IMG/VR virus record: IMGVR_UViG_3300025407_001324
From: an uncultured virus (IMG/VR IMGVR_UViG_3300025407_001324)
Lineage: Duplodnaviria > Heunggongvirae > Uroviricota > Caudoviricetes
DNA length: 64,000 bases
Reading direction: 5' to 3' (one strand)
Shown: piece after piece, positions 48,663 to 59,276 of the stretch
Position numbering within the stretch: position 1 is the stretch's first letter
Layout: the number at the start of each line of letters is the position of its first letter
The notes under the pieces: model-generated
What the model was told of the DNA's origin: nothing
What the model saw: the letters and a program-made list of their open reading frames with translations, nothing else
The model's database searches: none
Made by a program: the position numbers and the translations under genes

Positions 48663-50042
48663 TTATTTTATACCAGCAAGACTTTTGAACAAGCTGAGTT
48701 CATCTGTGGTTTCCATAACACCGTGTGATCCGGATTCGCGATCAAATGTACTGGAACCATAAACAGCTTCTGTACCTTTGGTAGGATCTTGCACACCCAT
48801 ACTTGGCCATTTCATGTGCGGATCTTCGGCAGCCATAATATCTTTGGCACGCTCCAATTCTTCCCCGCTTTCGAACCAATAAGTACCGTCCATAAAGCTA
48901 AACTCAAATTGATTATTTTGCAACAACTCACTGATTGCATCATTTTCATCATCATCGTCAATGGCATTACCATCTAAGCTATTAGCAAACGGGTCTTCAT
49001 CTTCGTCACCGTCGATATCGCTGGTCATTTCGTTGGCCCAAGATTCAAATTCTTCGCCAATCAAATTCTTTTGTTTATTGTAAGCACGATGAACAACTGG
49101 CAATGCATCCATCATACGATCATCAAATACACGTTTAACAAAACGTTCCTTTAATTCATCTAAATCAAATTCTTCGTCTTCGTTTAATTCTGGTTGCCAA
49201 AGTGCACGATATTGTTCGTAGCCTTTTTGGCCACGCAAACTAAACAAGTCACTGTGTAAGCTGCCGTAATGATCTATCGCGGCCTGAACCATACCATTTG
49301 TTTCTGCATCTTCAAATACGCGGCCACGCATATTACGCACAAACAATTTTAAGTCTGCCATTTCTTTGATGATCTTGCCAATGTGTTGTCCAAAATCATC
49401 GTTTAGTTGTCCGCCATTTTTAATATGACGAGCATATACTCTTGCAGTAGGTAAGGTAGTTCCTTCAGGCAATCTGAATCGCTCGCCCAATTGGTTCTCG
49501 ATGTAGATGGCATTTATATTTCTGCTTCTTGCACCTCGTTGTTCTTCGTCCACTTGTTTACTGTGGCGAGCGATAATTCGTACACTTTCCATTTTCTGGT
49601 AACTGCTACGACTTGTACCGTACATTTTGCTTTCGTTAATTTCGATATCGTCTTTGTCAATAACATCAGCATTTTTATTTGCGTGTTTTAAGTCGTCGAT
49701 ACCTAATCTGGGTTTAGCAATGTCACGTACATCAAAACTCAACAAATTTGATTTAGCAAAGAATCTAATGTTCTTCAAGAAAGCATACCATTGATTTTTA
49801 ACTTCGTCGGGCATTTTCTGATCTATTTCTTTGTCAAAGTAGATCTTAAGATTTTGTGAATCAACTAAACTGATAGTAATATTACCGAATGATTCGCCAT
49901 CTATTGTAAAGTCAAAGTTAAAGAAACGAGCTTTGCTAGGATCGCGAGTACTTTTAGCGTTTTCGTCACCAATTCTAATAGCGGGGAAACGAGTTCTTAT
50001 TTTGTCAAATAAGTTTTCAGCAATTTTATCAATTTCTATCAT
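48663..50042 (-). CDS. Hypothetical structural protein
   Basis: 459 aa; late-type TAAATA; downstream hairpin at 48622-48644. Confidence 0.7.
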   Translation of the reverse strand: MIEIDKIAENLFDKIRTRFPAIRIGDENAKSTRDPSKARFFNFDFTIDGESFGNITISLVDSQNLKIYFDKEIDQKMPDEVKNQWYAFLKNIRFFAKSNLLSFDVRDIAKPRLGIDDLKHANKNADVIDKDDIEINESKMYGTSRSSYQKMESVRIIARHSKQVDEEQRGARSRNINAIYIENQLGERFRLPEGTTLPTARVYARHIKNGGQLNDDFGQHIGKIIKEMADLKLFVRNMRGRVFEDAETNGMVQAAIDHYGSLHSDLFSLRGQKGYEQYRALWQPELNEDEEFDLDELKERFVKRVFDDRMMDALPVVHRAYNKQKNLIGEEFESWANEMTSDIDGDEDEDPFANSLDGNAIDDDDENDAISELLQNNQFEFSFMDGTYWFESGEELERAKDIMAAEDPHMKWPSMGVQDPTKGTEAVYGSSTFDRESGSHGVMETTDELSLFKSLAGIK

Positions 50043-50059
50043 AGTTAAGTATTTATCGA

Positions 50060-51625
50060 TTACATCATGATAAAGGGCATAGGCATAATTACATCATCCA
50101 CTGAATCATTGAGTTTACTATCCAAATCTGCGTCAAATTCACGCAAGAACATAGCCATACGAACCACTAGTATCATGGCCATTACTAGATCGTCTGTTTC
50201 GCCTATTTTTGCTTTATAACTATTACCCGATGCTACAAAGGTCTTTAACTCTGATACCAAAGCTTTACTGGCTATACGCAGACGTTTTGTTTCTACTAGA
50301 CTCTTTAGTTTAGCACAAGCTGATAATTTACTATTGGCAGTAGTATTAAATCCCTTGCGATATCGTCTGCCAGTCCCGGCACGATTGGGTTCGCTTAAAA
50401 AGATACCACGAATATTTTCTTCTCCTGCTTCGGCGATAGCAATTAATGCTGCTTCGCCGATTGTGTTATTTTCTACACTATAGTAAACATCATTGTTAGA
50501 GTCAATTGCTTCACTTATATAACGAGTTATTTCGGTCAGTATCTTTACCTGTTGCGGTATAGGCGTACGGTTGTGTTGCCATTCACCAACTTGATGCATA
50601 CTAGGCAATTCCAGTATCTGTATAGCAGCAGGGTCGCCGCCTGTGCCTAAACTGGGATCTAATCCAACCAAGTAAGTTTTTCCGGGTTGTGGTTTAGAGT
50701 ACCAACGTACTTGTCCTTGTTTTTGTATAGGATCTATACCTGACATCTCAACCAATACTGTTGGACTAATAAGTGTTTCGTCGAAAATAATAAATTCGCA
50801 GTTCATTTCACGGCGGAAACGATCTTCACCTAACTGTGCCAACATTTCTGCAGCCCAAGTTTCATCACGGTCTGGATGCTCTTGCCAATAGCTACGGAAT
50901 GCTTTGAATCCATTAACACCTAATTCTGTTTCGTTACCGTACTCGTCTATGCGTTTATTGGCCTGACGCCAAATTTGTGCAAACTGATCTTCATCACTGT
51001 TTGGGGTACTTGTAATAATACACTTACCGCCAGTCGCCAATGTTGGCGAAATTGAAGTCCAAAATTCACTAGCAATAGTAGGTCGAACGAACGCAAACTC
51101 ATCACAGTACAATAAGGATATAGACATACCACGACCGGTATTTTCTGTTGTTGTGGCACTGACTATGCGGGATCCTGTGTCAAAGTCTATACTACCTTTG
51201 TTGTAACTGGTAACACCAGCACGAATAAAATCTGGTACACTTTCATACGCATAACGAATACGTTGCATAATCTCTTGTGAACCTGTGTATTTGTGTGCAG
51301 CTACCAAAATGGTACTGTCGGGCACAAACATCGCATACCATAACAAGTAACCGGCCGCAGTTGTTGATTTACCAGTTTGTCGTGGCATCAAATTGATACT
51401 GTATCTATAGTTGTGATAAGTGTCCACCAATCGTTCTTGATACTCAAAAGGCTGATATTTCATTCGTCCTTTGGTAGGATGCTGAATGTAAAAGTAATTG
51501 TTCAAAAAGTGATGCGGTCCAGTGACTGGATCTGCACACTTTGCAATTTCTCTTATTTCTTGCTCAGTATAAGTTTCCCGGGTATTGGGTTTCTTAACAA
51601 GAGCATTTTCGGTAGGCTTTGACAT
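50060..51625 (-). CDS. Terminase large subunit (gp17-like)
   Basis: PRQTGKST, LYCDEFAF, ITSTPN, GLDPS.G.GGD, DDLVMA. Confidence 0.95.
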   Translation of the reverse strand: MSKPTENALVKKPNTRETYTEQEIREIAKCADPVTGPHHFLNNYFYIQHPTKGRMKYQPFEYQERLVDTYHNYRYSINLMPRQTGKSTTAAGYLLWYAMFVPDSTILVAAHKYTGSQEIMQRIRYAYESVPDFIRAGVTSYNKGSIDFDTGSRIVSATTTENTGRGMSISLLYCDEFAFVRPTIASEFWTSISPTLATGGKCIITSTPNSDEDQFAQIWRQANKRIDEYGNETELGVNGFKAFRSYWQEHPDRDETWAAEMLAQLGEDRFRREMNCEFIIFDETLISPTVLVEMSGIDPIQKQGQVRWYSKPQPGKTYLVGLDPSLGTGGDPAAIQILELPSMHQVGEWQHNRTPIPQQVKILTEITRYISEAIDSNNDVYYSVENNTIGEAALIAIAEAGEENIRGIFLSEPNRAGTGRRYRKGFNTTANSKLSACAKLKSLVETKRLRIASKALVSELKTFVASGNSYKAKIGETDDLVMAMILVVRMAMFLREFDADLDSKLNDSVDDVIMPMPFIMM

Positions 51626-51695
51626 CGTTCGTTAAATACTGTATAATAGGTATACATATATGTGTATTTATAACTACAACTAATGAGATTTCAAA

Positions 51696-52244
51696 TTGTC
51701 TGACGTACTATTATTAAACAGTGACTGGAACCCAGTTTCTGTCTTACCTCTCAGTGTTATCGGGTGGCAACATTGTATAAAATTATATTTTTTAGATAAA
51801 GTAACTGTACTTGAAGAGTACGATGATTGGCTAATACGCAGTGAGCATTTTTCAATGAATGTGCCTGCAGTAGTTGTTAGTAAAGAATATTTCAAATTCA
51901 AAAAGTCTGCTAAATTTAGTAGAGGCAATTTGTTTTTGAGAGATATGTTTCAGTGTCAATACTGTGCAGATACATTTGATTACAAAGAGCTGACTATTGA
52001 TCACGTGATTCCACGTTGTGACGGCGGACGCACTACTTGGGAGAATACTGTTGCAGCCTGCAAAAGTTGTAATAGCGAAAAAGGACACAAACGTATTAAG
52101 CCTTTGCGTGAACCCTATCACCCATCACATTTTCAATTGTTAAATCGTTGGAAAGAAAGACCAGTGCACGTTCAGCACGAAAGTTGGTATCGTTATTTGG
52201 GAATTGATCCTAAACCGGCGGTTCGCCCGTCAAGTACGGTCTAG
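51696..52244 (+). CDS. HNH endonuclease
   Basis: VLLLNSD, RD..CQYC, TIDHVIP, WEN.V.AC..CN..KG. Confidence 0.9.
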   Translation: MSDVLLLNSDWNPVSVLPLSVIGWQHCIKLYFLDKVTVLEEYDDWLIRSEHFSMNVPAVVVSKEYFKFKKSAKFSRGNLFLRDMFQCQYCADTFDYKELTIDHVIPRCDGGRTTWENTVAACKSCNSEKGHKRIKPLREPYHPSHFQLLNRWKERPVHVQHESWYRYLGIDPKPAVRPSSTV

Positions 52245-52497
52245 AAAACCAAAGCTGGAACCATTCAGGTGTTCCAGGCTTGATGTTGTTTTCTTTCATT
52301 AGTTCAGCTTTGGCAGTAGCAGTAGCACTGATATTACTGCCAGGTTGACCTTTGTACTCTGTCCACTGTGGTTGATTGCCCAACCCAGCTAATACCCGCA
52401 TTTCGTTGATTGGATCATTGACATCCAATACTGCATCGTCTATACCTGTTTCACCTTCAGGTACAAAATCATTGCTGCGGAATTTATATTGTTGCAT
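52210..52497 (-). CDS. Hypothetical protein
   Basis: IKPGTPEWFQLWFS motif. Confidence 0.7.
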   Translation of the reverse strand: MQQYKFRSNDFVPEGETGIDDAVLDVNDPINEMRVLAGLGNQPQWTEYKGQPGSNISATATAKAELMKENNIKPGTPEWFQLWFSRPYLTGEPPV

Positions 52498-52908
52498 TTA
52501 TTTTCTGCGTTTTGGTTTAATAGGCCCACGTGGTGTCATTGGGCTAACTTTATGTACATCGTCACGTTCTAGACTTTTGCGACTACCCAATGGTATTACA
52601 TGGCCAACCCCGACCATTTTGGCAGCGTTATTAATCATTTCGCCTTCTTCATCAGTATAAGTCAACATTACTGGATCACCGCTAAATGCTCCAGCTGGAT
52701 CAGTATGCTCACTTGGCGTGCTACCTGCTCCAGCACCGCCTAATGCAATACCAAATCTGTATTGCAAGTAAGCACTACCATTTGATTTGTTATTGCTAAT
52801 ATCAGGAATACTAACTGCGCCCTTAAGACTGGCAACTTGAGCGCCGTCTAATTTTTTAGGATCGGCCGGTATGTCTTTAGCTTCGCTAATGATTTCGGTT
52901 ATTTTCAT
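52498..52908 (-). CDS. Hypothetical head-associated protein
   Basis: MKITEIISE N-terminus. Confidence 0.65.
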   Translation of the reverse strand: MKITEIISEAKDIPADPKKLDGAQVASLKGAVSIPDISNNKSNGSAYLQYRFGIALGGAGAGSTPSEHTDPAGAFSGDPVMLTYTDEEGEMINNAAKMVGVGHVIPLGSRKSLERDDVHKVSPMTPRGPIKPKRRK

Positions 52909-55355
52909 TTTTTAATTTTAATACTTTCGTATTCTTTCATTAAGCGTAAGCCCATTGTATCTAATTTGTCGATACCTTCCTCAATGTCTTTCATAGCCAT
53001 CGGGTTGTCACCAAACTTGTAACCGTGTTTGGTCATTTGTTTTTCTTTACCAGCAATTTCACCGTTACCGCCTTTGGTTAACGTTTGTACATCCATAACG
53101 TGTACATCAGGAGTTGTATTAGCTTCGTAACGGCCGTCTTTAGCTTCAGCCATTTCTTCTTCTGCTGCAACTTCTGCACCGTTAGTAGAGCCAACAACTA
53201 CTTCAATTGGCTTAACTTCGGCAGTTGGTTGTTGCCCACCGCCTACACCTGCTAGTTTAAGCATTTGCATTAATTCGACTGCAGTATCCCCGTCAGCAGT
53301 AATAGTAATACTCTTATTGCCGTCTGTACTCATATTAGTACTGATATTCATTTTTCCCTGTTGCTCGGATTGTCCACTCATTGGGCTCATTTCACCACAT
53401 TCAGCAGCAAATTCTTCTTTTACTTTTTCTTTATCTTTAACAGCTTTTTTGAATGACTCTTCTTTATCGCCATCTTTATCAATATCTAAAAAGTCAGGCT
53501 TGGATGTTTTGTCTTCTTTAACTTTGTAAGTTTTTCCGCCAACTTCAAATTCATCTTTACCAGCTTTTACTGCATCTTGCTCTGCTTTGCCGAATGCATT
53601 GCCTTCTTCCATATCAGCTTCTTTAACTTTTTTAGACTCGCTTAAACCAGCAAGACGAATCATTTCTTCGATGTCTTGCGAATCTTTTTGTGCGGGTGCT
53701 GGAGTTTGTGGATGAGTTTTCTTTTCCAAATCTTTCAACATTGCTTGGTCATCAGGATGGCCAATTACTTTGTTGATTCCACCAGCAACTGCTTTTGCAC
53801 CTGTAGCTAATTTATTACCAATACCTTGCAAAAGATTTTCTTGCAATTCAGGGAATATTTCAGTTAATTTATTTTCAATCCACTCGTATGGATCGCCGGT
53901 ACGAGCTTTAGCTATACCGTAGGGCATTTCGTCTTGGAAATATGTAAACAAATTATCATACAAATCATCAGGGAATCCATCGCCTGTTTTCATTGCTGAA
54001 TTTAATTTCTTATACAAGTGACTGCCTAAATGATCTTTCAAATGGCTTTGCTCATATGACAACTGATCTGGAGCAGTTTCTACATACATTGAACTGTCAA
54101 TGCTTTCGAAAATACCGTTGACCATCTTGTTGATAGTTTTATGACTTGTATTTTCAAATTGGCTTTTCTTAGGACGACCACGTCCTTTTTTAACTGTGTC
54201 TACAGTATCAGCGGTGCCCATACTGTGTCCATGACTATCAAACTTCTTAGTATAAACGGTGCCTGTACTAATGTGTTTCTTAGTATGATGTGTCTTGGTA
54301 TCATCGTCTGATGTTTGACGAGGAGTATTTTTATAATCAAAAGCATTTTCGCCTACGTGTGCAGGCAATCCTTTGTGCTTTGTACTAGCATAATCTGTGG
54401 CAGCTTTCTTAGTCATGCCTTTTGCAACTTTGGCAACTTCTGGACTAGCAGCTTTTTCGCCTTTTTGTGCAGCGTGTACCATACCCATAAACTTTTGTTG
54501 AGCTTTACTAACTGCTTTTTCATTTACTGCAGACATAACACCGTGTGTTTCGCACTCGCCCATTTCACAAGCATGACAGCCTTCTGCTATCTCTGGGTGG
54601 AAATTTTCTTCCCCAGACTCTTCTTCATGATTGCGTTCTTGATCGCTAATCATATATTCACTGGCACTATCAACCATACCCTTGGCCTGTGCAATTTTAG
54701 ATTGTACCCAAGCTGGTATTTCTTTTCCGTCAGTGATATGTTGCTCAAGTTCTTCTGCGGCACGAATTATAGTATGCAATTCGTTTTTGACCATATCGCT
54801 ATCATCATATTCGTCATTTTCTTCGGCCATCCCGATTCCCATGCTTGCATAGTCTTCTTCCATATCACCGTGACGGTCATAGGATTTAACTGGACCTAAT
54901 TCTTTTGGTAAGTCACAACCAAGAATTTTACAAACCTCAGCATAATTAATTTGATTTTCATCACCAATATATTGAATAGCTTCTGCATCCAAATCATTTA
55001 TGTTGCGTATTCCAGTACTTTTCATATATTGTATAGCAGACTGTTTTACTTCTTGTGATGGATCCCATCCTTCGCCTAACTTCTTACCTTTAGCGGCAGC
55101 GGCTTGAAATTTTTTCTTACCGTATTTTTTGCGACCAATGCTGGCAGCAACTGCAGCAGGATTTTCTGCTCCGCCTGCTTTAGCAGCTTTTTCAACTGCC
55201 TTAAATCCCATATATTTTTCGCTAATAACCTGCTGAATACTTTCTTCAAGTTTAGTCTTAGGTTTTGCTTCTGTGGTCGCCGCAGGCTTTTTGTTTTCAG
55301 TAACAGCTACTTTGTTGAAGTTGTTTAGAATGTCGTATAAATTATTGTTGCTCAT
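52905..55355 (-). CDS. Large modular prohead/internal protein
   Basis: Acidic 816 aa with DUF3008-like AVSKAQQKFMG, GRGRP and DIDKDGD motifs. Confidence 0.6.
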   Translation of the reverse strand: MSNNNLYDILNNFNKVAVTENKKPAATTEAKPKTKLEESIQQVISEKYMGFKAVEKAAKAGGAENPAAVAASIGRKKYGKKKFQAAAAKGKKLGEGWDPSQEVKQSAIQYMKSTGIRNINDLDAEAIQYIGDENQINYAEVCKILGCDLPKELGPVKSYDRHGDMEEDYASMGIGMAEENDEYDDSDMVKNELHTIIRAAEELEQHITDGKEIPAWVQSKIAQAKGMVDSASEYMISDQERNHEEESGEENFHPEIAEGCHACEMGECETHGVMSAVNEKAVSKAQQKFMGMVHAAQKGEKAASPEVAKVAKGMTKKAATDYASTKHKGLPAHVGENAFDYKNTPRQTSDDDTKTHHTKKHISTGTVYTKKFDSHGHSMGTADTVDTVKKGRGRPKKSQFENTSHKTINKMVNGIFESIDSSMYVETAPDQLSYEQSHLKDHLGSHLYKKLNSAMKTGDGFPDDLYDNLFTYFQDEMPYGIAKARTGDPYEWIENKLTEIFPELQENLLQGIGNKLATGAKAVAGGINKVIGHPDDQAMLKDLEKKTHPQTPAPAQKDSQDIEEMIRLAGLSESKKVKEADMEEGNAFGKAEQDAVKAGKDEFEVGGKTYKVKEDKTSKPDFLDIDKDGDKEESFKKAVKDKEKVKEEFAAECGEMSPMSGQSEQQGKMNISTNMSTDGNKSITITADGDTAVELMQMLKLAGVGGGQQPTAEVKPIEVVVGSTNGAEVAAEEEMAEAKDGRYEANTTPDVHVMDVQTLTKGGNGEIAGKEKQMTKHGYKFGDNPMAMKDIEEGIDKLDTMGLRLMKEYESIKIKK

Positions 55356-55357
55356 GA

Positions 55358-55975
55358 TTATTTTCCTGCTTTCAATTTGGCGTCCGAAGGGATTGAATTT
55401 TTATGTGTGCCAACTGGACTAGTTTGGCCTTGTGGGTAACTGTTACTGGTTTTAGCATCAGCAGGCTCGCCTCCTGCAGCATCTGGATACTTGTATTTTC
55501 GTGTATCTTGTAATTCTTTCATGATGCTGGGGATTCGAGCGTCGCCGACTAATTCTTCGTCTTTTTTCTCTGCAACCATCTCAGCTTGCATTAGCACGCT
55601 TTCGCCAGGTTTGCCGTGAAGATTACTGATTTCTTTACCGTCACGTACCAATTCATACGGACTATTTGTCGGGGTTACTCTTACACAGGCAGCAGGTACA
55701 CATCCGCACTCTGCAATCAAACTACGAATCTTTTCATCGTTGGTGGGATATCCTAATACGATGTCAATAACATTAACTTCCACTGGTCCCATATTAGGAA
55801 ACTCAGGAGTTTCTTGGATTGGTAGTCTGCGTGGTTTACTGATGCTTTCTAACTTATACATTTCTAGAATTGTTTTTAACTTGCCCATAATGTCATCTGA
55901 CATCTCGCAAGCTATTCTAATTCTAAAATCATAAGTTCTTGTACTTTCAGTAAGATATGAGAGAAATGATTTCAT
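55358..55975 (-). CDS. Hypothetical head-associated protein
   Basis: MKSFLSYLTE N-terminus. Confidence 0.65.
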   Translation of the reverse strand: MKSFLSYLTESTRTYDFRIRIACEMSDDIMGKLKTILEMYKLESISKPRRLPIQETPEFPNMGPVEVNVIDIVLGYPTNDEKIRSLIAECGCVPAACVRVTPTNSPYELVRDGKEISNLHGKPGESVLMQAEMVAEKKDEELVGDARIPSIMKELQDTRKYKYPDAAGGEPADAKTSNSYPQGQTSPVGTHKNSIPSDAKLKAGK

Positions 55976-56014
55976 AATTTGTCCTATTATTAGATATTTA
56001 GCAGGTTTTGGAAA

Positions 56015-56506
56015 TTATTGCTTGGGTTTGTTCAGTATTTCTGCTAGTAGACTATTACGGTCTAATACTGTTCCTTGACCCTCGATTGCAGCATCTGGGG
56101 TACCTTTATCTTGTTTAATCTGATGATCTAATCTCATTTTTTTAAGTTGTAGATCAACCATACGTAATTTCTTGTCTAGTTTAGCTTGTTTAGCAGTTAT
56201 AGCGTGTCCCAATAATACACCTGCTGTTTGGAACACAGTTCCGCTAAATCTAGCTTCCATATTCATACCAAGGTCCATTAGATCATTGAATTTATCTTTG
56301 GCCATAGTAGCAAGTTCATCCATTTCTTGATCACTAGCATCTAACCCCCGTACTCCAGGCAATGCTTCGTCAATTTTATCTATGGTTGAGTCAATTTCAG
56401 CAAATATTGCACGATGTTCTTCTAGTGCAGCATCGGCAGTTTCAGCAGTTGTATTCTCGGATACAGGTTCTGGCAGATTAAAAAGTTCTTGAAGTTTTTT
56501 GGTCAT
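56015..56506 (-). CDS. Hypothetical protein (possible terminase small subunit)
   Basis: Helical, C-terminal DRNSLL; packaging-region context. Confidence 0.4.
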   Translation of the reverse strand: MTKKLQELFNLPEPVSENTTAETADAALEEHRAIFAEIDSTIDKIDEALPGVRGLDASDQEMDELATMAKDKFNDLMDLGMNMEARFSGTVFQTAGVLLGHAITAKQAKLDKKLRMVDLQLKKMRLDHQIKQDKGTPDAAIEGQGTVLDRNSLLAEILNKPKQ

Positions 56507-56522
56507 ACGGTATTTACCGTTA

Positions 56523-56951
56523 TTATTTTGAGCCGTGGAAAATGTCTTTTTCGTTGACTACACGGAATGTCAATCCCTGTGCTGCACAAAACTTTCTTGC
56601 AGCTTCCCATTTATACATATTAAGTGCCACCATTGCCTTATCTCTTACGCTACGGGCCGCTTCCATAGTGGTTTCTGTACTGGGTTTTACTTCAATAACT
56701 TCGCCGTGTTGCTTGCCATTTTTATCAATATACACAATTAAAAAGTCTGGTACATAGATTGTGTTTTTGTTTGTAAACGGATTTTTATAATTGATGCGAA
56801 TCGCTTCACTTGCCCATTGTGTAACTGCTGGGTTATTGTCGCAAAACTGCATAAAAGCAAACTCCCAACTGCTACGGTAAGTAGGCATACTTTTGCCTAT
56901 ATACTTTGCTGGGTTTTGTATTTGATATTTTCCTTGACTATACTTGGCCAT
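56523..56951 (-). CDS. Head completion nuclease (gp4/TnsA-like)
   Basis: YRSSWE, WASE, YVPDF, IEVKP, KWEAA. Confidence 0.9.
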   Translation of the reverse strand: MAKYSQGKYQIQNPAKYIGKSMPTYRSSWEFAFMQFCDNNPAVTQWASEAIRINYKNPFTNKNTIYVPDFLIVYIDKNGKQHGEVIEVKPSTETTMEAARSVRDKAMVALNMYKWEAARKFCAAQGLTFRVVNEKDIFHGSK

Positions 56952-57340
56952 TATACTAAGATTTTTCTAGCAATCAATTGACTGGGTGTTTGTGGATTTT
57001 TAATACCCAATAAACTAGTGGGTACTCTTGTCGAATTCAAATATAGTGTCAATAACGGTGTAAGCTCACTAGGAGACATTTTCTTAAAACTGTCCAATAA
57101 TACCAATGGATTTTCTCTTTGTGCATTAGCACTATTAATCAATGCTTGCGCTAACAATACCGCGCTAGCTGTACTGCCTGTCATTGTTTCAAAAAAACTG
57201 ACTATAGCATTATTCGCATTACTGCTAATACTATAATTGGGTGTAAAATAGTTATTAAAATATTTTGTAGTAGCATCTGCAGAACCGTTACTGGTACTAA
57301 CAATATTGCTGGGAGGTACTAGGGTTACTCGATTACTCAT
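56951..57340 (-). CDS. Hypothetical structural protein
   Basis: Located in the tail operon. Confidence 0.65.
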   Translation of the reverse strand: MSNRVTLVPPSNIVSTSNGSADATTKYFNNYFTPNYSISSNANNAIVSFFETMTGSTASAVLLAQALINSANAQRENPLVLLDSFKKMSPSELTPLLTLYLNSTRVPTSLLGIKNPQTPSQLIARKILV

Positions 57341-57348
57341 AATTTTTA

Positions 57349-59214
57349 TTAGTCATCAAAAGGAGGGGCGGATTCACTGCCAGCATTTAATAAATCTCCG
57401 CCAGATAACGGACTACCTTGTTGAATGCTTACACTAGAAGTTCCAAATTGATCTGGATTTGTTACACTGGCTTGATTGACTCCGGGATTAGTAGAGCTTG
57501 CACCATATGTACTGAGATCCTGTACAGGAGCCGGAGACTGCGGAGTATCGCTGTTAACATTATTAATCGAACCAGTAGCAGAATTCCACACCTGACTTAC
57601 TGAACCAGTTACACCATTGGTCAATGACTGTAGTCCGTTATTCACTGCTTTGCTGATACTGTTAGTTACTGCAACTCCTACTGCTCCACTAACAATTCTT
57701 CCTACAACTGTTTTACCTAATGCACTAGAATTAAGTGATTGCGTAACATAAGCACCTGCTTCTAATCCGGCAACTGCACCAACTGCACCAGATATTGTAT
57801 TGGTTAATTGTGCGCCGATTCCTGAACCAGGTGTTTGTAAATAGCCATTCTTTGTCATATACAAACCATTTTGAACTTGGCCACTACTGCTTGTACTAGT
57901 TTGTTGTATACCTCCGTAAGGCAATCCGTTTTGACTACCTTGAGTGAGATACATTGATTGTCCGGCCACTGGCTGACCGTCGGGCCCAATTGAAATTAAC
58001 CCATTTGTTGGATTGACATTGTATATCCCACTACTAGCCGGATTGGCAGGGCTACCAGTTAGTAAAGTATTAACACCTTGATCAAATGTGTTAGCTGCAC
58101 TGAATATTGCTGCAGTTGCGGCTCCGGCAACTGTTCCTACTGCGGCATTTTCGATAGTAGCAGTAATGCTTTTGCCTACATTTTTCAATGCATACGGATT
58201 GGGAAGACCTGCAACACCTAGTCCGGCGTACAATTGATTAGTACTGCTGATTCCGCCGTATCCAGGAACTCCGCCCATAGTAGGATAAAAACTGCCACCG
58301 TTGATGCCATTTACTACACCGCCTACTAGTCCACCAACCAAACGATTAGTCAAATTGTTAATACTAGCATTGACTGCACTTAGGCTCGGTATATTCAGAG
58401 GTGCGCCATAATTTACATTATAGTAACTGTCGGGGCTGCTAAAATCTCGTCTATATGTGTTTACTGGTTCATTCCCACTGCTGATCGGACTTAGATAATT
58501 ATCATAATGCAAGCCTAAACCAATTGGTTCATTTTCTAAATCTACTACTCCACCTCTATACTGCACAGTTTCAAAAGCGATAGTCATTGAGTGTTCCATC
58601 AACCCACCGCCTTCACTGCTGTTGTGCTCGCCGTGGCGCCAAGCTGTTATCGAAGGATTAATTAAAATATATTCAGTAAATTCTTTATTATGCATACTGT
58701 ATATTTTAATACTATTCAAGAATGGTGCTACACTTTGAGAGCGTGGAGTAAATCCCCAGTCTTGATTTGCTCTAGGTTGATATTTGCTAGGTGAAGTATA
58801 AGATTCAGGAGTATAATCACTGTCTCTGTAATAATAAGAATAATAGTCATTCCAAAAACTTAATACAACATCTGCTGCATCGTCGTGGAATTGAATAGTA
58901 ATAGGATCGTATGTGATATGTGTTTGTATAATATTTTTTCTATTATACGCATTCAATGTTTTTGTATTTGTATTGAATTTAGGAAGTTCAACACGTTTGG
59001 CCAACATACCTGCTTCGATGTATTGTTGGGGTGCACTACTAACCAATGACAGTGCGCCTGGATTAACATCAAAATAGACATAATAAAGATGAGCTGGCTT
59101 GGGAGCTAACCTATAATTATCTTCTACAAATAGTTTTGTGGCGTGAGCATACGGGTGAGTTGCTTCGCCTCTGAGTATAGGTTTAAGATATTGGTTAGAC
59201 AGATCACTTGACAT
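57349..59214 (-). CDS. Tail-tube-fold baseplate protein (gp48/gp54-like)
   Basis: KRVELPKF, YDPITIQFHDD, LINP.I. Confidence 0.65.
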   Translation of the reverse strand: MSSDLSNQYLKPILRGEATHPYAHATKLFVEDNYRLAPKPAHLYYVYFDVNPGALSLVSSAPQQYIEAGMLAKRVELPKFNTNTKTLNAYNRKNIIQTHITYDPITIQFHDDAADVVLSFWNDYYSYYYRDSDYTPESYTSPSKYQPRANQDWGFTPRSQSVAPFLNSIKIYSMHNKEFTEYILINPSITAWRHGEHNSSEGGGLMEHSMTIAFETVQYRGGVVDLENEPIGLGLHYDNYLSPISSGNEPVNTYRRDFSSPDSYYNVNYGAPLNIPSLSAVNASINNLTNRLVGGLVGGVVNGINGGSFYPTMGGVPGYGGISSTNQLYAGLGVAGLPNPYALKNVGKSITATIENAAVGTVAGAATAAIFSAANTFDQGVNTLLTGSPANPASSGIYNVNPTNGLISIGPDGQPVAGQSMYLTQGSQNGLPYGGIQQTSTSSSGQVQNGLYMTKNGYLQTPGSGIGAQLTNTISGAVGAVAGLEAGAYVTQSLNSSALGKTVVGRIVSGAVGVAVTNSISKAVNNGLQSLTNGVTGSVSQVWNSATGSINNVNSDTPQSPAPVQDLSTYGASSTNPGVNQASVTNPDQFGTSSVSIQQGSPLSGGDLLNAGSESAPPFDD

Positions 59215-59231
59215 ACATATATTTATGCAAT

Positions 59232-59257
59232 AAAAAAGCCCACTCGAGTGGGCTTTT
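59232..59257 (-). terminator. Intrinsic terminator
   Basis: AAAAGCCCAC-TCGA-GTGGGCTTTT plus T tract. Confidence 0.85.
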
Positions 59258-59276
59258 GTTTTTAGTTGATATCAGC

